Positions 49,564 through 58,877 of a stretch of 60,533 nucleotides of DNA are shown one piece after another. A program made the translations under genes and the position numbers. The notes under the pieces were generated by a model. That model saw nothing but the letters and a program-made list of their open reading frames with translations. It searched no databases and had not been told where the DNA came from. This DNA is from Hormoscilla sp. (GTDB lineage Bacteria; Cyanobacteriota; Cyanobacteriia; Cyanobacteriales; Desertifilaceae): positions 1 through 60,533 of the forward strand of contig JBFRWI010000175.1 in NCBI GenBank assembly GCA_051439505.1, given 5' to 3'. The first letter of the stretch is position 1. Each line of letters starts with the position of its first letter.

Positions 49564-52500
49564 ATGGAATCCATGACTACAGCAAAAAACTTCTCCGGTC
49601 AAAATCTCCAAGGTCGTTCCTTCAAAGGTCAAGACCTAGCGGGTGCAGACTTTTCCCACGCCGATATTCGCGGCGCCAACTTCACGAAGGCAAATCTCGA
49701 AGGTGCCAACTTCAGCCATGCCAAAGCTGGACTGCAACGGAAATGGGTTATTGGACTATGTATCCTCGCGTTCGTTCTATCAAGCATAGCAGGGGCTGCG
49801 GCTGTAGGCGATAGTTCTTACCTACTCAAATATCTGATTCCCAATGACAAATATAACCGGGAATCCAGTATAATCCCGACGGCGGTAAACCTAATAATAA
49901 ATATAGGATTCTGGGGTTTCATCCTGCGGAATGAAGTCGGAAAAGCCCTGGGATGGAGCGCTGCTTCCGTGGCAGGTTTTCTCACTCTAGTGGGATTTGT
50001 ATCTTCCTGGGGAAGCGAGTATATTCCATGGGTACAACCATTGCGGTCTCGTTATTTTATCGCAGCAATATCTAGCGAAAAAAATCAATCGCCAGTGGCA
50101 GCTTTAATCGTGGAAATGCTTGTTTGTTCGATTGCAGCGATCGCGGCGGTTGTGGCCATGAGTTTAGCTATGGTGTTAGCGGAGCTAATAGCTGGAAAGA
50201 AAACCAAAAGATTAGCATTGATTTGGGCTCTAGGAGTTGCGATAATCGGAACGGGAAATAGAACGAGGATTATGTTGCGCGGCGCTCGCCCGCGCGCCGA
50301 ACGCGGGGTGTTTGCCTATTCAGCCGAAGAATTTGTTTTTAATATAGTGTTTATCGCAGTAGCTATAGCTCTGGCAGTAGCTGTAGTATATTTAACTAAT
50401 TACGTGGCCAAGAGAGTTTTAGCAGAAGATGAGCAATACATCATCCTCCGCAAACTAGGCATTGCCATTGCTGCTATAGGAGGAACTAGCTTTCGCGGCG
50501 CCAATTTAATGGATGCTTGTTTTAGTTCCGCTATACTTCCTACCACAGATTTTAGAAAGGCAGATAGCATCAGAACTTACTGGATCAAGGCACAGAAGCT
50601 AGAATGGGCAAGAGTAGGGGAAAAAACGCTCTTAATTAACCCCGCAGTGAGAGATTTATTCGTCACGGGAGATGGCGAAAAAAAAGATTTTGCAGGTGCG
50701 AATATGAGAGGTGGGAACCTGATAGGGGCAAACCTCAGCGATGCCAACCTCAAGGAAGCAGATCTCAGCGAATCACTCTTACAGTATGCCTGTTTAGAAG
50801 GGGCAAACCTATCCCAGGTGCAAGCAATAGGCAGTGATTTCGCTCATGCTCGCTTAACTGACGCTTATGGTTTGGGCACCTGGAATATTGACAGCACTAC
50901 TAACCTGGAAGAAGTGGATTGCAAGTGGGTTTATCTGCTAGAATACCCCAAGGTGAAAACCCGCGATCGGGAGCGTCGTCCCAGCAGCGGCGAGTTCGGC
51001 GAGGGAGAATTTACCAAACTCTTCCAAGAAGTTTTAAGTACGGTAGATCTAATTTTCCGCAATGGCATCGACTGGAAAGCCTTCACCTACTCCTTCAAGC
51101 AGGTGCAAGTGGAAAATGAAGACACGGAACTGACCATCCAAAGCATTGAAAACAAAGGGGATGGGGTAGTAGTGGTGCGAGTAGAGGTGCCCCCAGAAGC
51201 CAACAAAGCCAAAATTCATAGCGAATTCAATGAAACCTATGAAAGGGCCCTGGAAGCCTTAGAAGCGCAATATCAAGAAACACTCAGGGGAAAACAGGAG
51301 CTGCTCGATCGCAACGTCAACATGATGGAAATAGTCAAGCACCTGGCCCGTCGAGAGATTGAGATCTATGAAAAACCCACGCCCGCAGGCCCAGCAGCTT
51401 CGGGAAAATTAGTCATCTTGAAACTCGGTCCCGGAGACTTTGACAGAGGCTTTCCCGTCACCCTCCAGATCGGCGCGGAAGGGTCGCCCCCCTCCACAGA
51501 GAAGCAAGGCAACTTACCCCCAGCACCAGAACTGGCCAATTGCTATAGCCAGTGGCAAGACAAATATCGCAAACTAAACATGCAGCCCCGCATCAAAGCT
51601 AAAAAGACGCAGAAGACCAACATTTCCCCGATCGGAGAATGCCAGGAATTAGCCAAAGCATTGCATAGCAGCCTGAACGACTGGCTGAACTCGGCAGAAT
51701 TTCGACCGGTGAAAGACACCCTGCTACAGAAACTCGACCCCAGGGAAGAAATTCGGGTAATAATTCAAGCGTCCGACATGGGACAGCGGCGACTGCCGTG
51801 GCAACTCTGGGATCTATTTACAGAGTACCGCCAAGCGGAAATCGCCTTAAGTACGCCAGAGTATGACATTTCCGAAACACCCGCCCGAGAAATCCTCAGA
51901 AGCAAAGTCAGAATCTTAGCAATTTTGGGCAGCAGTGAAGGGATTAACATCCAGAAAGACCGAGAACTGCTAGAGCAATTACCCAACGCCGATACCAGAT
52001 TTTTAGTAGGGCCCACCAGGCGAGAAATTGACTTGCATTTGTGGGACGACGCCGGTTGGGACATGCTGTTTTTTGCCGGACATAGTTCCACCAAAGAAGA
52101 CAAAGGTTGCCTGGAAATCAACGAGCAGGATAGCATAGAAATAAACGATCTGTACAACGCCTTGAGAAAAGCGGTAGATCTGGGACTAAAACTAGCCATA
52201 TTCAACTCCTGCGACGGCTTAGGATTAGCCCGGGAACTAGCAGATTTACAAATCCCGCAAATTATCGTCATGCGGGAGCCGGTATATGATGCGATCGCGG
52301 AAGCATTCATGCAGGATTTTGTCAAGGCCTATGCGAGTGGAAAAACCTTGTATAACGCAGTCAGAGAAGCGAGGGAAAAATTGCAGGGATGGGAAGAAGA
52401 CTATCCCTGTGCGAGTTGGTTGCCAGTAATTTGCCAGCATCCGACAGCAGTGCCCCAGACTTGGGCCCAACTGCGAGGACTGCCAACAGTTGCACCTCCC

Positions 52501-52767
52501 AGAGAAGAGTTATTAGAATTGTTAGCGTCCTTAAAAGAGGCGATCTTCGCGGCGACGGAATTAGCACCGGTAGATCAATACCATGCTGTGGAACAAGTAG
52601 AGGTATTAGTTAAAGGGGCGATCGGGCATCTGTCGGAGACACAGCAAGCCCAGAACCGGAAAGCAATGACCTATTTGCGAGGGGCGATCGGGCCTTTAAC
52701 ATCTGCGAGGGGCAAAGAATGTGCGGCATTGTTGCAGGCGATCGGGCAGCAATTCCCGATCGAATAG
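49564..52767 (+). CDS. Membrane protein with pentapeptide repeats and a C-terminal CHAT (caspase/HetF-like) domain
   Basis: A(D/N)LxxA-type repeats flank about six TM helices; CHAT motifs FFAGHSS, IFNSCDG, IVMREPV and SWLPV, with the His/Cys dyad intact. Confidence 0.88.
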   Translation: MESMTTAKNFSGQNLQGRSFKGQDLAGADFSHADIRGANFTKANLEGANFSHAKAGLQRKWVIGLCILAFVLSSIAGAAAVGDSSYLLKYLIPNDKYNRESSIIPTAVNLIINIGFWGFILRNEVGKALGWSAASVAGFLTLVGFVSSWGSEYIPWVQPLRSRYFIAAISSEKNQSPVAALIVEMLVCSIAAIAAVVAMSLAMVLAELIAGKKTKRLALIWALGVAIIGTGNRTRIMLRGARPRAERGVFAYSAEEFVFNIVFIAVAIALAVAVVYLTNYVAKRVLAEDEQYIILRKLGIAIAAIGGTSFRGANLMDACFSSAILPTTDFRKADSIRTYWIKAQKLEWARVGEKTLLINPAVRDLFVTGDGEKKDFAGANMRGGNLIGANLSDANLKEADLSESLLQYACLEGANLSQVQAIGSDFAHARLTDAYGLGTWNIDSTTNLEEVDCKWVYLLEYPKVKTRDRERRPSSGEFGEGEFTKLFQEVLSTVDLIFRNGIDWKAFTYSFKQVQVENEDTELTIQSIENKGDGVVVVRVEVPPEANKAKIHSEFNETYERALEALEAQYQETLRGKQELLDRNVNMMEIVKHLARREIEIYEKPTPAGPAASGKLVILKLGPGDFDRGFPVTLQIGAEGSPPSTEKQGNLPPAPELANCYSQWQDKYRKLNMQPRIKAKKTQKTNISPIGECQELAKALHSSLNDWLNSAEFRPVKDTLLQKLDPREEIRVIIQASDMGQRRLPWQLWDLFTEYRQAEIALSTPEYDISETPAREILRSKVRILAILGSSEGINIQKDRELLEQLPNADTRFLVGPTRREIDLHLWDDAGWDMLFFAGHSSTKEDKGCLEINEQDSIEINDLYNALRKAVDLGLKLAIFNSCDGLGLARELADLQIPQIIVMREPVYDAIAEAFMQDFVKAYASGKTLYNAVREAREKLQGWEEDYPCASWLPVICQHPTAVPQTWAQLRGLPTVAPPREELLELLASLKEAIFAATELAPVDQYHAVEQVEVLVKGAIGHLSETQQAQNRKAMTYLRGAIGPLTSARGKECAALLQAIGQQFPIE

Positions 52768-52857
52768 CCAAGGTCCAGTAATTAAAGACATAGATAGTCG
52801 TAAATATAGCCAGTTTTGTCAAGATATAAAATACTTTCAGACGCTCCGGGAGTAGAA

Positions 52858-52884
52858 GGGAGCAGGGAGCAGGGAGCAGGGAGC
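52858..52884. repeat. STRR heptamer GGGAGCA
   Basis: About four tandem copies. Confidence 0.75.
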
Positions 52885-53158
52885 TTCTCAGAGAGAATAT
52901 GTCAATTAGGAGCGCTATGCACAGATGTTTAAAAATGTCGGCGTATTATTAATGGACCGATGCTCTAGCAACAAGGTATATTGCTGGTGGGGTGGGGTGC
53001 GGTCCGATCGGGGAGGTTGGGGTGATGAGAAATCTCCAGGACATGAGTGCGGCAAAAATAACTTCTGCGAGTGCGGGCATATGTGTGATAACATATAAGG
53101 CAGGGGTGAAGCCCCAGTTAGTCGCTAACAGTATCAAACAATCAGGAAATTTGTAAAG

Positions 53159-53593
53159 ATGAAAGAAGAGCTTGAAAAATTTTTCCAGTCAGCAGATGTG
53201 AGTGAAGACGGAAAAATATCAATAGAGGAACTGGGTCCGGCAATGGAAGCAGTGGGTGTCAAGCTGCGTGCCGATGATGTGAAGAAAACCATTGCAGCAT
53301 ACGATCAGTCCGGGAGTGGAGACCTGAATGTGGAGGAGTTTACAAAACTGATGTCGGACATCATGAGTTTGAACAGTGCTTATGAAAAAGCCTATGAAGT
53401 ATTTAAGGACTTCGATGGGGACAATGATGGGATAATCACGAGGGAGGAAATAAAAGAAGCATGTGAAAAAACGGGCTCAAAAATGAGTGAGCAAGAATTG
53501 GCAGAACTGATCGAGCAATGGGATGCCGATCAGAGTGGACAAATCAATTTTGATGAATTTGCCAGAGTATATGTTTGTCAGTATGGCTGGTAG
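53159..53593 (+). CDS. Calmodulin-like protein with four EF-hands
   Basis: Loops DVSEDGKISIEE, DQSGSGDLNVEE, DGDNDGIITREE and DADQSGQINFDE in 144 aa. Confidence 0.9.
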   Translation: MKEELEKFFQSADVSEDGKISIEELGPAMEAVGVKLRADDVKKTIAAYDQSGSGDLNVEEFTKLMSDIMSLNSAYEKAYEVFKDFDGDNDGIITREEIKEACEKTGSKMSEQELAELIEQWDADQSGQINFDEFARVYVCQYGW

Positions 53594-53745
53594 TAGTGAT
53601 GTAGTAGGGATATATGGGTTGGGTAAGTAGCCCAAACCCAACCTACGTAAAGCATGGATGGAAAGAAACTTTAGATTTTCTTAAGCTTGGCGCGTCCGAA
53701 TTCATAGTAAGATGATACCACGTGCTCGCCAGGAGATTGACTGAT

Positions 53746-54996
53746 ATGGCAGAAAACGCTAACACAGAAGTACATCATCAAATTGCGATCGTCGGTGGCG
53801 GGGCAGCAGGGATAACAGTTGCCTCTCAGCTATTGGTAGCTAACAAAAATTTGGATATTGCGATCGTCGAACCCTCAGATAAGCATTATTACCAACCAGC
53901 TTGGACCCTGGTGGGGGGCGGTGCTTATAAACCAGAAGATACTGTCAGGGATGAAAAACAGATGATTCCCGATCGGGTAACATGGATCAAGGACTATTGC
54001 TGGGAACTCGACCCCGATAATAATAAGATAATTACCAAAGAGGGGAAGCAGATAACATATGACTATCTGGTCATGTGTCCGGGAATACAGATAGACTGGG
54101 ACAAGATTCCCGGGTTGACAGAAACCCTGGGCCAAAATGGAGTTTGCAGCAACTACGCTTACGATCAGGCCCCGAAAACTTGGGAGACGATCCAGAAATT
54201 TCAAGGCGGGACGGCGATTTTTACTTACCCGAACACGCCGATCAAATGCGCAGGTGCGCCCCAGAAAATAATGTATTTAGCTGATGAAGCTTTTCGCAAG
54301 AGCGGGGTGCGCAGCAAAACCCAAATCCTGTATTGCATGGCAACACCAGGTATTTTTGGAGTGCCCGCCTATGTGCCGCCGCTGATGGAGATAGTGCAGC
54401 GCAAAGAGATCCAACTGAAAGCAAAGCACAATCTCAAGGAAATTAAAGGGGATAGCAAAGAGGCGGTTTTCGACGTGACAACGGATGAGGGCACCGAAGA
54501 AGTTACTATCAAGTACGACATGATTCACGTCACGCCACCCATGAGTGCCCCGGACTTTATTAAGAATAGTAAGTTGGCAGGGACAGAGGGAGCAAGTAAA
54601 GGCTGGGTGGATGTGGATAAATACACCTTGCAGCACAAGGTTTACCCGAATGTATTTTCCTTGGGGGATGCGTCTTCCCTCCCGACTTCCAAGACGGCGG
54701 CGGCCATTCGCTCGGAAGCGCCTACTTTGGTGCAGAATTTGCTGTCGGTGATGGCATCCAAATCCCTGGAGCAGCAGTATGATGGCTATGCTTGCTGTCC
54801 CTTGATTACGGGATATGGTAAGGTGATATTAGCAGAGTTTGATTATGACAAGAAACCCATGCCGTCATTTCCCCTGGATCCGACAAAAGAGCGCTACAGT
54901 ATGTGGTTGCTGAAAAAGTATGGGTTGCCTTTTATTTACTGGAACCGGATGTTGAAAGGGAAACAATTCGAGAGATCGATCTTCCAGAAGTCGTAG
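53746..54996 (+). CDS. sqr: Sulfide:quinone oxidoreductase (type II-like)
   Basis: IVGGGAAG, HYYQPAWTLVGGG, IKCAGAPQKI, YDGYACCPLITG. Confidence 0.88.
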   Translation: MAENANTEVHHQIAIVGGGAAGITVASQLLVANKNLDIAIVEPSDKHYYQPAWTLVGGGAYKPEDTVRDEKQMIPDRVTWIKDYCWELDPDNNKIITKEGKQITYDYLVMCPGIQIDWDKIPGLTETLGQNGVCSNYAYDQAPKTWETIQKFQGGTAIFTYPNTPIKCAGAPQKIMYLADEAFRKSGVRSKTQILYCMATPGIFGVPAYVPPLMEIVQRKEIQLKAKHNLKEIKGDSKEAVFDVTTDEGTEEVTIKYDMIHVTPPMSAPDFIKNSKLAGTEGASKGWVDVDKYTLQHKVYPNVFSLGDASSLPTSKTAAAIRSEAPTLVQNLLSVMASKSLEQQYDGYACCPLITGYGKVILAEFDYDKKPMPSFPLDPTKERYSMWLLKKYGLPFIYWNRMLKGKQFERSIFQKS

Positions 54997-55034
54997 TAGT
55001 CGTAGGGTGGGCATTGCCCACCTTATCGATCGGT

Positions 55035-56567
55035 TCATTCTACCTCGATCGAGACATTCCATCTATCCAAAGTAATACCGAGAGTTTGTTCCAAGCGAGT
55101 CAAGTCGTCGAGATAGGAAATAATCGCATCCAGTTCCCGATTTCTGGCCCTCACTAACTCATCCTCGGAGTTCAAAACATCTACAAGTCGCGTTCCTTGT
55201 ACTCCCAAGCGCAGTTTTTCTCGCTCATTCTCAAATTGCTGTTCTGACAATTCCCTAGCTTTGCGGGCCAGTTCTACCCGTCTTAAATTAACCTCAATAT
55301 CTCTAATCCTATCTTTGACTTCTATTTCTAAACTTTCACGGGCCTCCTGCAAATCTATCTGGGTTTTTTGCAGGTTAATGCGCCTGCGATTAACATCCTG
55401 TTTTTCTTCTTGCCGTTGCCTGCCGAAGTCGCGACGGAATGTCAGTCCCGCCCTCAAGTCGGTGCGGTTGTCGATGTTATTGCCACTATTTAAACTGTAG
55501 CCGATATTTAAGTTTAAGTCCGATCGGGCGCGGTCTTCTGCTAGCAAGAGATCGAATTTCGCTGTTTTCTGACGGAGTTGCGATCGCAAATAATCGGGGT
55601 TATTTGCTAAAGCTACTTCCAGCAACTGACTGGGTTCCAGAGAAGTTGGGGACTCTAAGTCGGGAGTTTCCCCTGCCACAAGTTGTTGAGTGCGATCGAT
55701 ATCGAGAATCTCAATCAGATTTGAACGGGCGGCTTTCAGTCCATTCTCATTTGCTAATAAGTCCACTTCCCGGTTAGCCACATTCGCCTCAGCTTCCACA
55801 ATATCAACCGGTGCCCGCCTGCCCGCCTCCACAAATGCTTTGGTAATTTCCAATTGCCTTTTCGCACTTTCCAGGGCCAGTTGCCCAATTTTCAGTTGTT
55901 CCTGGGCCCGCAGTAAAGCCCGATATCTCTGGATCCCATTGGTAATGGTATTGATGAGCGTGGATTTTAAGGCTAAAATATTATTAGCTTCGTTCAGCCT
56001 AGCAATCTCGATGGAAGCGCGGTTAACATCAATCCCAAATCCCCTGAATAAAGGTTGCTCAAAACTCAGTTGCAGGTTCTGAGTTAAGCTATTTTCATCG
56101 ACTCCACTCAATGCGTTTGTCTCTTGATTTTGCCCGGTACCTCTCCACTGCACTCTCAGTTCTCCACCTGTAGGTATCCGGGAAGAAACTTCTGCTGATA
56201 TCTCAGCATTCTGAGTGTCCGTGTTGGTCGAACCCACGGCGTTGCGACGCCCATCTATTGAGAGTTGCGGCGTCAAGTTGGGCACAAATATATCTTCTGC
56301 TATTTCTAGGTCTCCTCTTTGGACTATCCTATCCAAGTAGGCATTTTTGATGTCTCTGTTGTTTTCTACCGCTAAAAAGACTACATCCTCAATGGTCAAT
56401 TTGACTTCCTCTGACTCTGCTGCGGGTAACTCCTGTTTTAATAAGCTGGGTTTTCGGTCACCTTTCTGGGTGATGCTGATAGCTTTAGCTGGGTGAGATG
56501 CGATCGCCCTTATCATGGTACCGTTTATTAAGGCGATCGCCAGCAGAGATACAGTCTTTTTCATCAT
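55035..56567 (-). CDS. TolC family outer membrane efflux protein
   Basis: LTIEDVVFLAVENNRDIK, QPLFRGFG, helical OEP repeats. Confidence 0.9.
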   Translation of the reverse strand: MMKKTVSLLAIALINGTMIRAIASHPAKAISITQKGDRKPSLLKQELPAAESEEVKLTIEDVVFLAVENNRDIKNAYLDRIVQRGDLEIAEDIFVPNLTPQLSIDGRRNAVGSTNTDTQNAEISAEVSSRIPTGGELRVQWRGTGQNQETNALSGVDENSLTQNLQLSFEQPLFRGFGIDVNRASIEIARLNEANNILALKSTLINTITNGIQRYRALLRAQEQLKIGQLALESAKRQLEITKAFVEAGRRAPVDIVEAEANVANREVDLLANENGLKAARSNLIEILDIDRTQQLVAGETPDLESPTSLEPSQLLEVALANNPDYLRSQLRQKTAKFDLLLAEDRARSDLNLNIGYSLNSGNNIDNRTDLRAGLTFRRDFGRQRQEEKQDVNRRRINLQKTQIDLQEARESLEIEVKDRIRDIEVNLRRVELARKARELSEQQFENEREKLRLGVQGTRLVDVLNSEDELVRARNRELDAIISYLDDLTRLEQTLGITLDRWNVSIEVE

Positions 56568-56774
56568 TACATTACTCCATGTTACCCCGCCGGGGGTTCA
56601 AACCCCCTACGTTCCCAGGCGGGAGCCAGGGAACGAGGCTAAAGTCGGTTAAAACCGACTAAAAATATTGTCATTTTAGCTATAATCTATCTTGTTTCCT
56701 GACTCTGGCAGGGAAAGTATATTGAGGATCTGCCTCCATTTACAATTAGCAATTTACAATTAGCAATTTACAAT

Positions 56775-57929
56775 TTACTGCGATCGCAAAGCTTTGACTG
56801 GATCTAACCTGCTGGCTTGCAGGGCGGGAAAAAAACCAGCACCCACTCCTACCAGGATAGCAGATCCTAAAGATAAACCTGCCACCTGGACATCAAATTG
56901 GTAGGGGAGATTAAACCGATCGGCTACTATTATAGTTAATCCATGTACCGTGGCGATCGCCGCCGTTCCCCCCAATAAGCTCAAAAGCACTGCTTCTAGT
57001 ATAAACTGTAATAGGATATCTTGGCGCCTGGCCCCGATCGCCAGGCGCAGACCTATTTCCGACCTCCGTTCCATCACCGTCGCGATCGTGATATTCGCAA
57101 TGCCCACGCCCCCCACTACCAGGGCGATCGCCCCTACTCCTGCCAAGGCTTTGGATATCAATTCCAGAGTTGACTGCTGCTCCAATATATCATCTATATT
57201 AGTACCAATCCAAAAATACTGACCTCTTAAGCGCTGCTTTAACAGTTTCTCAACTTCATCTCGCAATTCTTCTAACTCTTCGGGCTTTTCGGGACGCAGG
57301 GCAATGCTGTTAATATTAAGTTTACCTGTCATAGCGCTATGAATCGACAGGGGCATCATTACCATCCCTTGAGGTTCTTCATCATCCACTCTAGTTTGCA
57401 CTACTCCCACCACCACATAGGGTCTCCCGCGCACATAGATGCGCCGATCGATTGCTTCTCCTCCCTGAAAAAGTTTTTCTGCTAGAAATAGATCTATGGC
57501 CACTACCGAGCGATATTTTTCATAATCATAACTATTGAAGAAGCGTCCCTGTAGCAGTTTTCTGCCTAAAGTCTGCAAAATATCTGCCGAAACTGCTATA
57601 GCTTGAGGATTAGCCTGCTGTTCTTTAAATATAGTAGGCACAGAACCAATCCAACGACTACCCCCGATCGCCCGTACCCCTCGGAGTCGCTGTTGTAGAA
57701 ATTCTATATCCTCCAACTTTAAGCGTCCACTCCAAATGCCTACATGAGGGACTTCTCGCCTCCCTAGTTGCTGGGCGATCGTCGCCCGACTAATGCTACC
57801 CACCTGAAGTGTAGCGCTAACTGCGGCTACACCCATAAATACTCCCACCCCTGTGAGGGCAGAACGTAAGGGGTTACTGCGCAGGGAGTCCCAGGTAAGA
57901 ACAAGAATATCTAAGGGAGAGATGCTCAT
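56775..57929 (-). CDS. ABC transporter permease (MacB/FtsX-like)
   Basis: RSALTGVGVFMGV, LVVGGVGIANI...VMERRSEIGLRLAIGA, PALQASRLDPVKALR. Confidence 0.93.
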   Translation of the reverse strand: MSISPLDILVLTWDSLRSNPLRSALTGVGVFMGVAAVSATLQVGSISRATIAQQLGRREVPHVGIWSGRLKLEDIEFLQQRLRGVRAIGGSRWIGSVPTIFKEQQANPQAIAVSADILQTLGRKLLQGRFFNSYDYEKYRSVVAIDLFLAEKLFQGGEAIDRRIYVRGRPYVVVGVVQTRVDDEEPQGMVMMPLSIHSAMTGKLNINSIALRPEKPEELEELRDEVEKLLKQRLRGQYFWIGTNIDDILEQQSTLELISKALAGVGAIALVVGGVGIANITIATVMERRSEIGLRLAIGARRQDILLQFILEAVLLSLLGGTAAIATVHGLTIIVADRFNLPYQFDVQVAGLSLGSAILVGVGAGFFPALQASRLDPVKALRSQ

Positions 57930-57979
57930 AAATGTAAGTCTTCGCTGTTAGCCCGCTTTGATGGTAATTAAATCCCCTC

Positions 57980-58044
57980 TTCGCTGTTAGTCCGCCGGGG
58001 GTTCAAACCCCCGGCTAATAGCTTAAGTGGGTTAAAACCCACTG
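57980..58044. repeat. REP-like element (CCGGGGGTTCAAACCCCCGG family)
   Basis: Same as the copies at 43750 and 45052. Confidence 0.75.
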
Positions 58045-58143
58045 GGAGGTTTTTTACGGAAAGTTGTTTACCTTTGATGGTAATTAATTTGTTTTAACCC
58101 CCTGGCGTTGTGGGCGATCGTTTATATGGGTCATTTCAACATT

Positions 58144-58566
58144 TCATGGCAAATCCTCCACCCAGCACAAACTTGTCGCCAATTCATCGCCTTGCAGCGC
58201 ATTAAATAATCGCTCATCCGCCGTCACCATCTGACACTGTTGAGCAACCGCCAGCGCCAAGTAAACGCAATCATACACCGCCTGTTGCACCCGCACTGCA
58301 ATTTATAGCGCTGACGACATCAGCGGTTTAGACTCGCAAACCTGTAAAGGGACCATCGCAATTTGGTTCAAATTCAATTGAGCTTCCTCTAGCCTTAAGG
58401 AACCAAACCGAACCTGCTTCCACAAAATATTTCCCACCTCTGGGAAGAAAAAATCTGGTACCAAAAGACTGTAGTTGCTGTCCAACAGGCGCAAAGCTGT
58501 CTCAGAGTGTATTTCCGGCAACACCCACTTAACTGCAATATTAGCATCAACAACAAATTTACTCAA
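58144..58566 (-). pseudogene. VapC/PIN toxin with a premature stop
   Basis: FVVDANIAVKW...PEVGNILWK, TAA at 58303-58305, then in-frame AVYDCVYLALA...VTADERL to TGA at 58144. Confidence 0.85.
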
Positions 58567-58820
58567 CGTTGACGATCCTCCCGCAACAATTCAGCACTAT
58601 CCGGGAACCACCGTCCTTCGTAACGTTGCCGTACATTCTCCAGTCGCACCCTTGCCTCTGAAAGTGTTTCCTTTTTTTCCGGCTGTTGTTCCTTAGTCAG
58701 TAATGGTTGAAATAAAACCATCACTTCCAAGTCAATGTTTCTGACTTCTGGTGGCATTTCTACATGCAATATACCATCGGCACCTACATGAGAATGTAAC
58801 TTAAGACTTTCCATTATCAT
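58563..58820 (-). CDS. Antitoxin partner
   Basis: HVGADGILH.E.P...DSAELLREDRQR; 4-nt overlap with the PIN gene. Confidence 0.78.
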   Translation of the reverse strand: MIMESLKLHSHVGADGILHVEMPPEVRNIDLEVMVLFQPLLTKEQQPEKKETLSEARVRLENVRQRYEGRWFPDSAELLREDRQR

Positions 58821-58877
58821 CTCCTTCCGATTCCTGTTTTTTGTCCAGATCGCCCATTATCTGTTACTTTAGCATAA

